A stretch of 64,000 nt of DNA, taken from the NCBI GenBank assembly GCA_038087875.1, contig JAXLNO010000548.1, forward strand, positions 1 to 64,000, in the 5' to 3' direction. Below, one piece after another: positions 24,421 through 37,247 of the stretch. A model generated the notes under the pieces. The model was not told where the DNA came from, made no database searches, and saw only the letters and a program-made list of their open reading frames with translations. Both the position numbers and the translations under genes were made by a program. Source of the stretch: Malacoraja senta. Lineage: Eukaryota. Each line of letters opens with the position of its first letter. Position 1 is the first letter of the stretch.

Positions 24421-26271
24421 TATGGCTCCGTGGGCTTGAAAAGCCAATGCTTTTCCGTTTCACTGCTAAATGACAGTTAATCACCCTCACTAATAGTGAC
24501 CACAATGGCAGACCCATGACCATGACTGGTTTACAGTGATAATAAGCTAACCATTGCCTCAGTTCAAATATGCATGTCGTTGATGTTCAATGACTAAATT
24601 GTTGCTGCATTCTTAGTTTTGGCAAGGTGAGAAATGACTTGGTTCTGATCTGGGTGCTGGAGCTGTTAGGCATCTTGATACCATGAAAGCAGAACCTCCG
24701 TTTCAGGAAATATACTTGCTGAATGGTGTCTCAGACCAGCAATGCCAGGGAACATTGTATTTTGAAGAGGAAATATTACACAACCAAGGCCAAGTGCTCG
24801 AGAAAGCAGCACGTCTGTTATTTCAATGAAAACTCTGCTCTTCATCCATCTTGACATTTTGATCACCCAGTTTAGTTTATAATATTGTATAACATTTGCA
24901 ATCAATTCTCAGTTTATGACATTTACAGCTGGCGTGAAGATGCATCAGTCAATACCTTCTGTCTTCCAATATAGTTTATTTAATAGAAAGATAGAAACAT
25001 AAAAAAATAGGTGCAGGAATAGGCTATTCGGCCCTTTGAGCCAGCACCGCCATTCAATACAATCATGGCTGATCATCTAAAATTAGTACTCCGATCTGGC
25101 TTTTCCCCCATATCCCTTGATTCGTTTAGCCCTAAGAGCTAAATCTAACTCTCTCTTGAAAACAGTGATACAGTGTGTAAACAGGCCATTTGTGCCGCCA
25201 AATCCATACTAACCAGCAATCACCCATTCATAATAGATTTCCCATCCACCCCCTACACTGTCAGGGTGACTTACCGAGGATGATTACCTGCACACCTGTG
25301 CAAACTCCACGTAGACAGTGCCCGAGGTCCAGATTGAACCTGGGTCTCAGGCGTTGTGAGGCAGTTCTACCAGCTGCACTACCATGCTGCATTACATACA
25401 AACTCTAAATCCTACACTGACTTTCCCTTCCACTTGTTATATTCAACACAATAACTCCTTTACACAGGAGGAAAGTGAACTGCAATTCATCACCAGAATA
25501 TATCTTACAACAGTGTGATCACAGGCAAGAAACCAGTGATATAGATGACTGAATTTACACTAAAACCCTGATCATCCAGCTCTCTTGGGATTTAGGAAAT
25601 TGTAGATTTTAAGGACTGCTGCATGTTACTCCAAACATACTTTAATTCAACTCATTGGGGCACTTGTTGAGCACGTCAGTGGTCGAGGTGCATCTGTGCA
25701 CTACTTTCAGACTTAAGCGGAGGAATACCCATTGTAATTTGCATGAAGTGTCTCGAACCAGAATGTCACCTATATGTTGCCTGACCTGCTGAGTTACTCT
25801 AGCACCATCCCTCACAGTCTTTTCCAATCTTATAATTAAAAAATAGTCAGCATCTACATCATAAAGAGTCATGGAAATATATAAACATGGCCTTTGTCCC
25901 ACTGACCTGCACCAACCATTCATGTACACTAATCCTACATTTGTCCTACATTCTCATCAGCTCTCCCCACATTGTATCATGCACAATCCAGGGGACAACT
26001 AACCTCCAAACCATGTTTTGGGGATGTGGGAGGAAACCAGAGCACCTGGGGAAACGCACATGGTCACAGGAACTACATGCAAACTCCACAGATGTCGGTA
26101 TTTAATTAAGGTCTCTGACTCAGTGCTGCCCTGTTTCACATTGTCGTCCACCTGTCATGTTGTTGCTCATTCATTCGACTTTCCACTTTGAACCATTTCT
26201 CCCACTACTCACAATCCCACTTAATTTTGAGTCATAGAAACATAGAGTCTTCCAGCAACAGCGGCCTTGGT

Positions 26272-26965
26272 GGCAGCTACTGTGTGCAGCAGTAGAGTTG
26301 CTGCCTTACAGCGCTTGCAGCACCGGAGACCCGGGTTCGATCCCGACTACTGATGCTGTCTGTACAGAGTTTGTACGTTCTCCCCATGACCGCGTGTGTT
26401 TTCTCCGAGATCTAAGGTTTCCTCCCACACTCCAAAGACGTACAGGTATGTAGGTTAATTGGCATGGTGTGTGTGTGTGTGTAGGATAGTGTTAATGTGC
26501 GGGGATCACTGGTCAGCGCAGACTCGATGGGCCGAAGGGCCTGTTTCGTCACTGTATCTCTAAATTAAACTAAACAAAACTAGTAAATGTTAAACTGCAA
26601 CCAATCTGCCTCGTAACTGACTTGGATCATGAACAGTGCGAGCCCCCAACAGAGCAGCACAGTGTCACAACTGGTAGAGCTGCTGCCTCACTGCGACACA
26701 GACCCGGGTTCAATTTTGACCTTGAGTGCCATCTATGTGGAGTTTGCACGTTCTCCGTGTAACCGCATTGGATCCCTCCAGGGGCTCCGGTTTCCTCACA
26801 CATCCTAAGATGTGTCAGTTTATAGTTTAATTGGCCACTGTAAATTGCCCCTAGTGGGTGGGTGACTGGATGAGAAGGTGCAATGAGATAGAATTCATGA
26901 GAACAGGTGGTTGGTGGTTGGCATGGACACGGTGGGCCGAAAGGACTGCTTCCATGCTGTACTTT
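26272..26965 (+). mobile_element. Two adjacent V-SINE copies (~26272-26585 and ~26655-26965)
   Basis: Both carry 'agtagagttgctgcct...gacccgggttc' and the 'gggccgaaggg' 3' part. Confidence 0.75.
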
Positions 26966-27218
26966 TTAATGACTCAATGATATCTCTAGGATTTGGTGCA
27001 GTGAATCCATAACGTTTAACTTTTTTTTTTACACTGAATTCACAATTTTCAAATATCTGATCATCAGAAACATTTAACAACAGCACAAAGGCTAGTTGAC
27101 AGTGGTGACTGTCGAGGCATTTCAGGTGTAGCTGCTGCCTTATCCTACTTGAGATCGATCATTTCTTCAAGCCCAATACCTTTACTAGCAACAGTTCATC
27201 ACAATTTTTCCATCTTAC

Positions 27219-27326
27219 CTCTCCTCTTTTTTCTCCACCAAACAATTACTGCCAAGACAATAGCCAGCAATATCAGCACACACACGGCAATAAGGCCTAT
27301 GTGCCTGTCTTTCTTCCCATTTCCTT
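27219..27326 (-). CDS. MHC class I connecting-peptide/transmembrane exon
   Basis: ttatttttcag|AA GGA...AGG AGA G|gtaaga; (E)GNGKKDRHIGLIAVCVLILLAIVLAVIVWWRKKRR; 108 nt. Confidence 0.85.
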
Positions 27327-28509
27327 CTGAAAAATAAGAATGCATAATTTTACATATCATTTGTTAAGCTGTGCAGCTAAATAGATTGGCACTGTCTGAA
27401 GACTTCAGGGTGAAGAAGGGTCTCGACCCGAAATGCCTCCTATTTCTTTTCTCAAGAGATGCTACCTGACCACTGAGTTACTCCAGCATTTTGTGTCTAT
27501 CTTTGGCACTTTTCAACATATATAAATATGTTGTTTTGAATCATGGAGTTCTGCAACATGGCAAAGGGACAATATATGTTCTGTACAACTCTATGATCTA
27601 TGGCACCATCACAGCCACAACTTAATTCAAGAAAGAAGGTGAATTGAAAGCAGAAAGCTTTAACCCTATATAAACTATCATCTGTTTTGGGGAAAATGTT
27701 GGATTCCTTTCAGTAATGGCAGAACATTTAAGTAATAACAAAACAATAAAGTGCATTAACAGGAAAATTGTAGAAAGAAAGAGATGCAGATACTGATTTA
27801 TACAAAAGCTTTAGTTTAGTTTATTGTCACGAGTACTGAGGTGCAGTGAAAAGCTTTTGTTTCATGCTAACCAGTCAGTGGAAAGAATATACATGATAGA
27901 CACAAAATGCTGGAGTAACTGAGCGGAATAGGCAACATCTCTGGCGAACATGGACTCAGTCAGAAGGATCGTGACCCGAAACATCACCTATTCCTTTTCT
28001 CCAGAAATGCTGCCTGACCAGCTGAGTTATTCCAGCAATTTGTGTCCATCTTCGGTGTATACCAGCATTTGCAATTTCTCCCTACACATGGACAGGTGAC
28101 ATTTCGTTTACGGACCCTTCTTCAAACTTTGTTTGAGAAATTGATTAGAATTCTTTGAAAATGCAACAGGAACCCGTAGACAATGTATATTTGAGCAGCA
28201 GTAGTTTGCAGGTGTGCACAGCCTAAAATTTAAAAACAAAATGATGGAAAAGCAGAATAGGTAACAAAATTGAAATGAGAAACAAAAGAAATACAATATA
28301 TTGTAGAGATCCAAGCGTCGTGAACAAATCAATGTTTTTTTAAGAAATACAGTTTTGGCCCACTCGCGTTTAGTAAGGACTTGAGCAAAGTTCCCACCGT
28401 TATAATCGGGCGCACCAGTTGACTGGCGATTAACTCATCACCAACTCCCACCAAAACCCTGTCACATGATAGTCCCTGCTCCCCTGACGAGGGTTCTAGC
28501 AATAAGTGG

Positions 28510-28880
28510 CCTGACCACCAGATGTCGCCAGAATATCTGGATTTTCATAAGATATCTGATCAAGTGATGCAAAGGCAAATGGCTTATGACATTGGGGGTA
28601 ATAATTAGCATGAATGGAAAAACAATTAAGAGCAAGCAGAGAGTTGTCTTAAAGGAGTGTTTAAGTTGGGAAACTGCAACTGCAGGATGGGAATCAATGC
28701 AAGAAAGTGAACTACTTATCGTTAGTATTAAGAGCAGATGAAGGGACTGATGGCGCTGTAGCCTAGATTGCTGATGATACATAGATAGGTTGAAAATTAA
28801 GTTCTGGAGTATGTCAACAGTCTTCAGAGTGAAACATCAGATTCCTTATTTGTGCATTGTTCGAGGGAATCTTCAAAAGT
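28510..28880 (+). mobile_element. Highly degenerate CR1 RT fragment
   Basis: Remnants of YLDF.K..D, HGI.G, KQRV and ADDT.IG motifs with many stops. Confidence 0.5.
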
Positions 28881-29019
28881 GAACATTTGTGTGAGTTAGT
28901 GCAGCATACCTGGAATCAAACTACTACGATCGCTGTTTGTCAGGCAGTTATATTTTTTTGTTGCTGAAGCTGTAACTTGCGTCACAGAACTTACTTCATT
29001 AGGTTTAGTTTTATTAATG

Positions 29020-29710
29020 CCAGATGTTTCAAGATAGTGCAAAGGTTTGTTTTGTATGCTATCCAAACAAATTAGATAATACTATAGATAAATAAAAAAC
29101 TAAAAAACAATAGATAGAGCAAAGAGGAGGATACAGAGTACAGAATATAGTTCTCAGCATTGTAACGCATCAGTTCCATAGACAATGTTCAATGTGCAAT
29201 GAGGTTGAGGTGAATCGGGCATTAAACCTACATTATGGAAGGACCCTTCTGAAGCCTGATAAGAGATGGAAAGGGGGTGTTCCTGAGTCTGGCAGTGCAT
29301 ATTTTCAATTTTCTGTACCTATTGCCTGATGGGAGCAGGAAGGAGGAATGACCGGGGTGGGATACGTCTCGGTTTCCAAGGCAACCATCAATAGTGGGAA
29401 GTCTGGCCTGTGTGATGATCTTTAACTCTTTGTATATTCTTGCAGTCTTGGGCAGTGCAGTTCCCAAATCAAGATGTGATGCAACCCAACAACATGCTGT
29501 CTCTAGCAGCATCTATAGATGTTTGCTGGAGTCACCAGAGACATGATGAATATTCTCAGTCTCCTGAGGAAGTAGAGGTGTCGGTGTGCCCCCTTGGCTA
29601 TGTGGCCAGTCCATGACCGAATATTGGATATATTCATGCCAAGGAACACAAAGCTCTCAATCATTTCCACTTTGGACCACTGATTCGCATTGGGGCATGT
29701 ACTCCCCCAG
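29020..29710 (-). mobile_element. Rex1-type LINE 3' fragment
   Basis: DVSHPGHSSFLLPSGNRYRKLKICTARLRNTPFP, homologous to the C-terminus of ORF 770-1942. Confidence 0.75.
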
Positions 29711-30027
29711 TGCCTTGCTGTTAATCACATCATGAGGAAAGATTCATTTATTATTTAAGCATACCTTTCATGGATTTCAGTTCCACCACTGAGAATCTCA
29801 AATACTCCTTCCTTGTATATTAGTTATTTATTTATTTTTGATAAATGTTCTGTTGACAAAGTCTTCTGCTCATGTGGAGAGTGGGTGCTGATTATGTGAT
29901 TGCTTAGAGCAAAACCACTAAACAAAGAAAGTTTAAGCATCTTGGAATATGGGATGTAGTCACAATGGTTAAAATGGATACAACAGAAGATAATGATTAT
30001 CTATGAAAGAATATTTAACGTTCTTAC

Positions 30028-30294
30028 CCCAGATGATGGTCTTCCCACCGGGCAGGCTCCTGTGATCGACATGACAGGAATACTGTTTCCCATCATACGG
30101 ATCATACTGAAGGACAGACTTTAGATGATATGTTCCATCGTTGTTGGGTATGACCCCAGAAGATTTGGTCTCAGAGACATGTTGACCATTCTGCAACCAG
30201 CTGACATTGATGGCCGGTTGGTAAAATCCAAACACAGTGCAGTACAGGACTGAATGATCATCAGGGCGGGCAGCGAGAGTGACCTCAGGGGAAA
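30028..30294 (-). CDS. MHC class I alpha3 (C1-set Ig) exon
   Basis: ttgtag|TT TCC CCT...ATC TGG G|gtaaga; VSPEVTL...LYCTVFGFYQPAINVSW...VIPNNDGTYH...YSCHVDHRSL...IIW; 267 nt. Confidence 0.92.
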
Positions 30295-30339
30295 CTACAA
30301 GACAGTAAGATGGTTATTTTCATCTTCAGTAAAACTTGC

Positions 30340-30815
30340 ACAGTCACCCACCACAAAATATTCTTCAGTCTACTACAACCACCAAGTTACTGTCTACATC
30401 TGCCCCATTTTGCCTCTTTCGTCACCATCAACCAACCACGTGGTTTAAAAGGGATTGTACGCTCCCTGTTAAGACAGTACACAAGAAAGTTTGAAAGCAC
30501 GTACCATTAAATTCAGGAACAGCTTCTTCCCCGCTGTTATTGGACTACTGGATGATTCTCATGTAAGATAAGATGTTGCCCTGATCTTCCAACCAATCTC
30601 ATTGTGATCCTTGCAACTCTTTTTGATCTGCACTTTCTCTGTAACTGTAATGCTATGATATTGTAACCCGATATTCTGCACTCTGAGTATTTTTTTCTTG
30701 GCACTGTTCTACTTGTGGATGGCTTGATTGCACATGTGTAGTATGATCTGATTGGATAACACAGACACACTTTTGACTATATCTCAGTTCACGTGACAAT
30801 AATAAACTAATACCA
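30340..30815 (+). mobile_element. Rex1-type LINE 3' end
   Basis: 'aaattcaggaacagcttcttccccgctgttattggactactg' (FRNSFFPAVIGLL) and 'gtgacaataataaac' tail. Confidence 0.7.
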
Positions 30816-31582
30816 ACGGCAAATCTTTTCACTATGGCATATTATTGACAATAATAAATAATTGACAAGTTACGAAATGAGGGTCAATTGGGGAGGGGAC
30901 AAGCTTAAAATTGGCAGTATTTTCTCTCCTCTTCAATAAGAGATAAAAGAGACCAGTCATTTGTTTACAAAATCTCTTTTTGCAGAGTGTGGTCATTCTC
31001 TGGCGCTCTTGACCCCAGAGATTTGTGAAGACAAAATCATTGGAAGTATTTAATGTGGCGGTAGTTAAACTTTTGAAAGATTGGAGAATTGAGTGCAATG
31101 AGGAACTGGCACCGATCAGGAGTTGATGCCTGAGGAACGTCAGCCATGGTCATATTGAATGGTGGGCAGGTTAGAGGACCAAATGGCTTACTCGGAAACT
31201 TGATAACCGAGGAGAAAATCAGGCTTCTGAATGATCGTTCCATAAGCTAGGGTTCTGTCCAATTGACCACTACCCCATTACAGACAGTGGACTTTGTTTA
31301 TGGAACTATGCAGGAAGGAACTGTAGATGCTGGTTTAAACCGCAGATAGACACAAAATACTAGAGTAACTCAACGGGTCAGGCAGCATCTCTGGAGAGAA
31401 GGAATGTGTTACGTTTTGAGTCGAAACTCATATCTAATGGAACTGGTGTGCTACATTGCTGAGAACTATATGCCACAGTCTGTACCTTCCCCTTTGCTCT
31501 ACCTACAGTACTTGAGTTGACTTGATCATATATATGTATGTCGTTATCTCATCCAATTGGATATCATGGAACTGTACCTGGA

Positions 31583-31850
31583 AAGTTGCTGCCTTACAGT
31601 ACTACAGACCAAAGTTCAATCCTGACAATGGGTGCTGTCTATATAGAGTTCATATATTCTCCCTGTGACCATGCGAGTTATCTCCGGGTGCTACAGTTCC
31701 GTCACATTCAAAGACGTGCAGGTTTGTAAGTTTTTTGGCTTCTGTAAATTGTCCCTAGTGTGTAGGATAGAACTAATATTTGGGTGGTCGTTAGTCAGCA
31801 CAGGTTCAGTGGGCCAAAGGGCCTATTTCCATGCTGTACCTCGAAACTAA
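31583..31850 (+). mobile_element. V-SINE
   Basis: Same body and tail as the other copies. Confidence 0.7.
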
Positions 31851-31890
31851 ACGTGACAATAATAAACCGCAACTTATCCCTGTGCCTATC

Positions 31891-32080
31891 TGTAGATTAG
31901 TGTCACTCATACTGTGGCTCCGCCCACAGGCTTATTAGACAGCTCTCTCTCTATCTCTCTCTCTGGTAGACTGGTAGTAAGCATGCTGAGAAAAAAGCAC
32001 CTTGTGTTTCCTCTGCAGAGTTACTAATAAAAGACTATGGATTTTAACCACTATGTGTGAGTTTGATCATTCTTCCAACA
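31891..32080 (+). mobile_element. Short solo LTR (~190 bp)
   Basis: TG...CA termini, internal aataaa; 5-bp TSD ctatc at 31886-31890 and 37618-37622 once the intervening DNA transposon is removed. Confidence 0.6.
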
Positions 32081-32618
32081 CAGGGCTCGAAATTAGCGGT
32101 TGCCCGGTGCCAATGGCAACCTAAAAGCCATGCCATTTTGCCCGGCTTGGCAAGCAACCGGGACACCTGCCCGCCCGCCATCCGTGTCCAGGTCTCGGGT
32201 TCCGCTCAGCAAGGCCGGCCGCCGAGCCCTGCACATGCGCACTGCCACGGCAACTGGTCGGCGTCGGCCACTTTCTCCCTCCCTTTGCATTGTGGGAGTT
32301 CTGGCCGCCATTGCTGTCCGGTCGCTGCATCAGCTGGAGTAAGTCTTGCTTCTTGGTTTCCAGGTCCTCCTAAAATATTCGAAATGGAATTTAAACTGGT
32401 GGACCCACCACCACCAAACTCAAAACTGAAAAATAACAGCCTATTGCATTTTATCCGTTTATTTATTGTGTATATATATGGTCTATAGTATAGAGACACA
32501 CTGAACTTTTATCTCCTGTTCTGTATTATGTTTACATATTCTGTTGTGCTGCAGCAAGCAAGAATTTCATTGTCCTATCTGGGACACATGACAATAAAAC
32601 TCTCTTGACTCTTGACTT

Positions 32619-35600
32619 ACATAGATACATAGATACATAGAAATTAGTTGCAGGAGTAGGCCATTCGGCCCTTCGAGCCTGCACCGCCATTCAATACGAT
32701 CATGGCTGATCATCCAACTCAGTATCCCGTACCTGCCTTCTCTCCATACCCCCTGATCCCTTTAGCCACAAGGGCCACATCTAATTCCCTCTTAAATATA
32801 GCCAATGAACTGGCCTCAACTACCCTCTGTGGCAGAGAGTTCCTGAGATTCACCACTCTCTGTGTGAAAAAGTTTTTCCTCATCTCGGTCTTAAAGGATT
32901 TTCCCCTTATCCTTAAGCTGTGACCCCTTGTCCTGGACTTCCCCAACATCGGGAACAATCTTCCTGCATCTAGCCTGTCCAACCCCATTAGAATCTTGTA
33001 CGTTTCTATAAGATCCCCTCTCAATCTCCTAAATTCTAGCGAGTATAAGCCAAGTCTATCCAGTCTTTCTTCATATGAGAGTCCTGACATCCCAGGAATC
33101 AGTCTGGTGAACCTTCTCTGCACTCCCTCTATGGCTATAATGTCCTTCCTCAGATTTGGAGACCAAAACTGTACGCAATACTCCAGGTGTGGTCTCACCA
33201 AGACCCTGTACAACTGCAGTAGAACCTCACTGCTCCTATACTCAAATCCTCTTGCTATGAAGGCCAACATACCATTCGCTTTCTTCACTGCCTGCTGCAC
33301 CTGCATGCCTACTTTCAATGACTGGTGTACCATGACACCCAGGTCTCGCTGCATCTCCCCATTTCCTAATCGGCCACCATTTAGATAATAGTCTGCCTTC
33401 CCGTTTTTGCTACCAAAGTGGATAACCTCACATTTATCCACATTATACTGCATCTGCCAAACATTTGCCCACTCACCCAGCCTATCCAAGTCACCTTGCA
33501 GTCTCCTAGCATCCTCCTCACAGCTAACACTGCCCCCCAGCTTAGTGTCATCCGCAAACTTGGAGATGTTGCTTTCAATTCCCTCGTCCAGATCATTAAT
33601 ATAAATTGTAAATAGCTGGGGTCCCAGCACTGAGCCTTGTGGTACCCCACTAGTCACTGCCTGCCATTGTGAAAAGGACCCGTTTACTCCTACTCTTTGC
33701 TTCCTGTTTGCCAGCCAGTTCTCTATCCACATCAATACTGAACCCCCAATACCGTGTGATTTAAGTTTGTATCCTAATCTCTTATGTGGTACCTTGTCGA
33801 AAGCCTTCTGAAAGTCCAGATACAACACATCCACTGGTTCTCCCCTATCCACTCTACTAGTTACATCCTCGAAAAATTCTATAAGATTCGTCAGACACGA
33901 TTTACCTTTCGTAAATCCATGCTGACTTTGTCCAATGATTTCACCACTTTCCAAATGTGCTGCTATCCCATCTTTAATAACTGACTCTAGCAGTTTCCCC
34001 ACTACCGATGTTAGACTAACTGGTCTGTAATTCCCCGTTTTCTCTCTCCCTCCCTTCTTAAAAAGTGGGGTTACGTTTGCTACCCTCCAATCCTCAGGAA
34101 CTACTCCAGAATCTAAAGAGTTTTGAAAAATTATCACTAATGCATCCACTATTTCTGGAGCTACTTCCTTAAGTACTCTGGGATGCAGCCTATCTGGCCC
34201 TGGTGATTTATCGGCCTTTAATCCATTCAATTTACCCAACACCACTTCCCGACTAACCTGGATTTCACTCAGTTCCTCCATCTCCTTTGACCCGCGGCCC
34301 CCTGCTATTTCCGGCAGATTATTTATGTCTTCCTTAGTGAAGACGGAACCAAAGTAGTTATTCAATTGGTCTGCCATATCCTTGTTCCCCATGATCAATT
34401 CACCTGTTTCTGACTGCAAGGGACCTACATTTGATTTAACTAATCTCTTTCTCTTCACATATCTATAAAAACTTTTGCAGTCAGTTTTTATGTTCCCTGC
34501 CAGTTCCCTTTCATAATCTATTTTCCCTTTCCTAATTAAGCCCTTTGTCCTCCTCTGCTGGTCTCTGAATTTCTCCCAGTCCTCTGGTATGCTGCTTTTT
34601 CTGGCTAATTTGTACGCATCATCTTTTGCTTTGATACTATCCCTGATTTCCCTTGTTATCCACGGATGCACTACCTTCCTTGATTTATTCTTTTGCCAAA
34701 CTGGGATGAACAATTTTTGTAGTTCATCCATGCAGTCTTTAAATGCCTTCCATTGCATATCCACCGTCAACCCTTTTAGAACTAATTGCCAGTCAATCTT
34801 GGCCAATTCATGTCTCATACCCTCAAAGTTACCTTTCTTTAAGTTCAGAACCGTTGTTTCTGAATTAACAATGTCACTCTCCATCCTAATGAAGAACTCA
34901 ACCATATTATGATCACTCTTGCCCAAGGGGGCACGCACAACGAGTCTGCTAACTAACCCTTCCTCATTACTCAATACCCAGTCTAGAATAGCCTGCTCTC
35001 TCGTTGGTTCCTCTACATGTTGGTTTAGATAACTATCCCTCATACATTCCAAGAAATCCTCTTCCTCAGCACCCCTGCCAATTTGATTCACCCAATCTAT
35101 ATGTAGATTGAAGTCACCCATTATAACTGTTTTGCCTTTGTTGCACGCATTTCTAATTTCCTGTTTGATGCCATCCCCAACTTCACTACTACTGCTAGGT
35201 GGCCTGTACACAACGCCCAGCAGCGTTTTCTGCCCCTTAGTGTTTCGCAGCTCTACCCATACCGATTCCACATCCTCCAAGCTAATGTCCTTCCTTTCCA
35301 CTGCGTTAATCTCCTCTCTAACCAGCAACGCCACCCCACCTCCTTTTCCTTTCTCTCTATCCCTCCTGAATATTGAATATCCCTGGATGTTCAGCTCCCA
35401 GCCTTGGTCACCTTGGAGCCATGTCTCCGTGATCCCAACTATATCATAATCATTAATTGCTATCTGCACGTTCAACTCATCCACCTTATTACGAATGCTC
35501 CTTGCATTGAGACACAAAGCCTTCAGACTTGTTTTTACAACGCTCTTACCCCTTATACAATTATGTTGAAAAGTGGCTCTTTTTGATTTTTGTCCTGGAT

Positions 35601-35895
35601 TTGTCTGCCTGCCACTTTTACCTTTCACCTTGCTACCTATTGCTTCCGCCCGCATTTTACACCCCTCTGTTTCTCTGCTCACCCATTTAAGAACCCCACC
35701 ACCTCTTATTCTCTGTTTATTATTGTTTTCTTCTTTCCCCCCTACATGTTGGGTCTGAGTGCTTTCCTTCTCTGCCTCCTGCCTCACACACTGTCTAATA
35801 GCATTCTCTATTTGAGTCCCTCCCCCCAACCATTCTAGTTTAAAGTCTCCCCAGTAGCCTTTGCAGATCTCCCCGCCAGGATATCGGTCCCCCTC
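32619..35895 (-). mobile_element. Young CR1 LINE, 5'-truncated in the last codons of ORF1
   Basis: (ctatgtat)n tail at 32619-32640; ORF1 C-terminus GTDILAGRSAKATGETLN* near 35840-35895; uninterrupted ORF2. Confidence 0.95.
32719..35655 (-). CDS. Intact CR1 ORF2 (APE endonuclease + reverse transcriptase)
   Basis: No stop over 1064 codons; first ATG at 35655; LNARSIRNK, VGITETW, MGDFN, SDHN, YLDFQKAFD, GVPQGSVLGP, FADD. Confidence 0.9.
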   Translation of the reverse strand: MRAEAIGSKVKGKSGRQTNPGQKSKRATFQHNCIRGKSVVKTSLKALCLNARSIRNKVDELNVQIAINDYDIVGITETWLQGDQGWELNIQGYSIFRRDREKGKGGGVALLVREEINAVERKDISLEDVESVWVELRNTKGQKTLLGVVYRPPSSSSEVGDGIKQEIRNACNKGKTVIMGDFNLHIDWVNQIGRGAEEEDFLECMRDSYLNQHVEEPTREQAILDWVLSNEEGLVSRLVVRAPLGKSDHNMVEFFIRMESDIVNSETTVLNLKKGNFEGMRHELAKIDWQLVLKGLTVDMQWKAFKDCMDELQKLFIPVWQKNKSRKVVHPWITREIRDSIKAKDDAYKLARKSSIPEDWEKFRDQQRRTKGLIRKGKIDYERELAGNIKTDCKSFYRYVKRKRLVKSNVGPLQSETGELIMGNKDMADQLNNYFGSVFTKEDINNLPEIAGGRGSKEMEELSEIQVSREVVLGKLNGLKADKSPGPDRLHPRVLKEVAPEIVDALVIIFQNSLDSGVVPEDWRVANVTPLFKKGGREKTGNYRPVSLTSVVGKLLESVIKDGIAAHLESGEIIGQSQHGFTKGKSCLTNLIEFFEDVTSRVDRGEPVDVLYLDFQKAFDKVPHKRLGYKLKSHGIGGSVLMWIENWLANRKQRVGVNGSFSQWQAVTSGVPQGSVLGPQLFTIYINDLDEGIESNISKFADDTKLGGSVSCEEDARRLQGDLDRLGEWANVWQMQYNVDKCEVIHFGSKNGKADYYLNGGRLGNGEMQRDLGVMVHQSLKVGMQVQQAVKKANGMLAFIARGFEYRSSEVLLQLYRVLVRPHLEYCVQFWSPNLRKDIIAIEGVQRRFTRLIPGMSGLSYEERLDRLGLYSLEFRRLRGDLIETYKILMGLDRLDAGRLFPMLGKSRTRGHSLRIRGKSFKTEMRKNFFTQRVVNLRNSLPQRVVEASSLAIFKRELDVALVAKGIRGYGEKAGTGY

Positions 35896-36574
35896 AGACT
35901 TGGACTTAAGCAAAAAAGGGTTCTTGGGGGAAAAAAACTACCTTAAATTTAGTTGCGTCTGGTTGGGTACCTATAGTAGGGTGACAACTATTCCATGCTT
36001 TAATTGTGCGGGGGAACTCCATGGAGCAGCCAGCATCTCTGGATAGAAAAAATTGGGTGACATTTCTGGTAGAAACCCTTCTTTACATTTCCTCTGGTTT
36101 TAGTGTGTTTAGTTTAATTTAAAGATACAGTGTGGAAGCAGGCCCTTCGGCCCACTGAGTCCACGCCGACCACCGATCACCCGTACTCTAGTTCTATCCC
36201 ACACATCAGCAACGTAAGTCAAGACTGTTTTATTCTCTCACGTCCCAGTTAGAACAATGAAATCCTCACTTGCAGCAGCACAACAGAATATGTAAACATA
36301 GTACTCTGTAAACAATGTTATAAACGAGAAAACAAAACTCCACACAGACAGCACCCATATTCAGGATCAATTCTGGGTCTCTGGCAATATTAGGCAGCCA
36401 ATTTATGGGCAATGTACTGCCCCAATATCCTTGAACTGATTTAAGCATACAGTAGCTGTAAAGTGGGACATAGCGTCACTTAGAGATTTAAGACTGAAAA
36501 TGGATAGTTTCTTTTTTTTAGTAACCAAAGTTATCAACGTATAATTTTTTGTGTGTTGGAAAATAAAATATAAT

Positions 36575-36795
36575 GGCACAGCTGGTGGACTTGCTGCCTC
36601 ACACGCCAGAGACCTGTGTTCGATCCTGTTCTCGGGCACTGTCTGTGTTGAATTTGCACATTCTCCCTGCAATCATGTGGGTTCCCTCCCACATCCCAAA
36701 GACGCATTGGCTTTGTAGGTTAACTTGTCTCTGTAAAATTGCCCCTAATGTGCAGGAGTGGGTGAGGAAAGTGGGATAACAGAACTTGTGTGAAT
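36575..36795 (+). mobile_element. V-SINE
   Basis: 'tggcacagctggtggacttgctgcctcacacgccagagacctgtgttcgatcc'. Confidence 0.7.
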
Positions 36796-36798
36796 GGG

Positions 36799-37247
36799 TA
36801 GACACAAATGCTGGAAAAACTCAGCAGGTGAGGCAGCATCTATGGAGCAAAGGAAAAAGGTGACGTTTCGGGTCGAGACCCTTCTTCAGACTGATGTCGG
36901 GAGGGGTGGGGGGCGAAAAAGAAAGGAAGAGGCAGAGACAGTAGGGTGTGGGAGAGCTGAGAATGGGAGGCAGGGGGAGGGAGAAAGCAAGGACTATCTG
37001 AAATTGGAGAAGCCAATGTTCATACCGCTGGGGTGTAAACTACCCAAGCAAAATATGAGGTGCTGTTCCTCCAATTTGCGGTGGGCCTCACTCTGGCCAT
37101 GGAGGAGGCCCAGAACAGAAAGGTCGGATTCGGAATGGGAGGGGGAGTTGAAGTGCTGAGCCACCAGGAGATCAAGTTGGTTATTGCGAACTGAGTGGAG
37201 GTGTTGTGCGAAGCGATCGCCATGCCTGCGCTTGGTCTCACCGAGGT
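36799..37247 (-). mobile_element. Penelope-like element 3' fragment (GIY-YIG C-terminus + terminal repeat)
   Basis: GETKRRHGDRFAQHLHSVR...VAQHFNSPSHS...KLEEQHLIFCLGSLHPSGMN. Confidence 0.85.
36858..36896 (-). ncRNA. Minimal hammerhead ribozyme motif in the Penelope terminal repeat
   Basis: cagu-CUGAAGA-a-GGGUC-uc-GACCC-GAAA-C-GUC-acc: intact core, perfect stem II, palindromic ACGU stem III. Confidence 0.7.

Noticed and set aside
24900-27218. Candidate cytoplasmic exons (TM read-through RGKMEKL*, 'GSSYT*' near 27120, 'EGID*' near 24950)
   Set aside because: Several weak alternatives, none with a clear acceptor plus homology; needs cDNA
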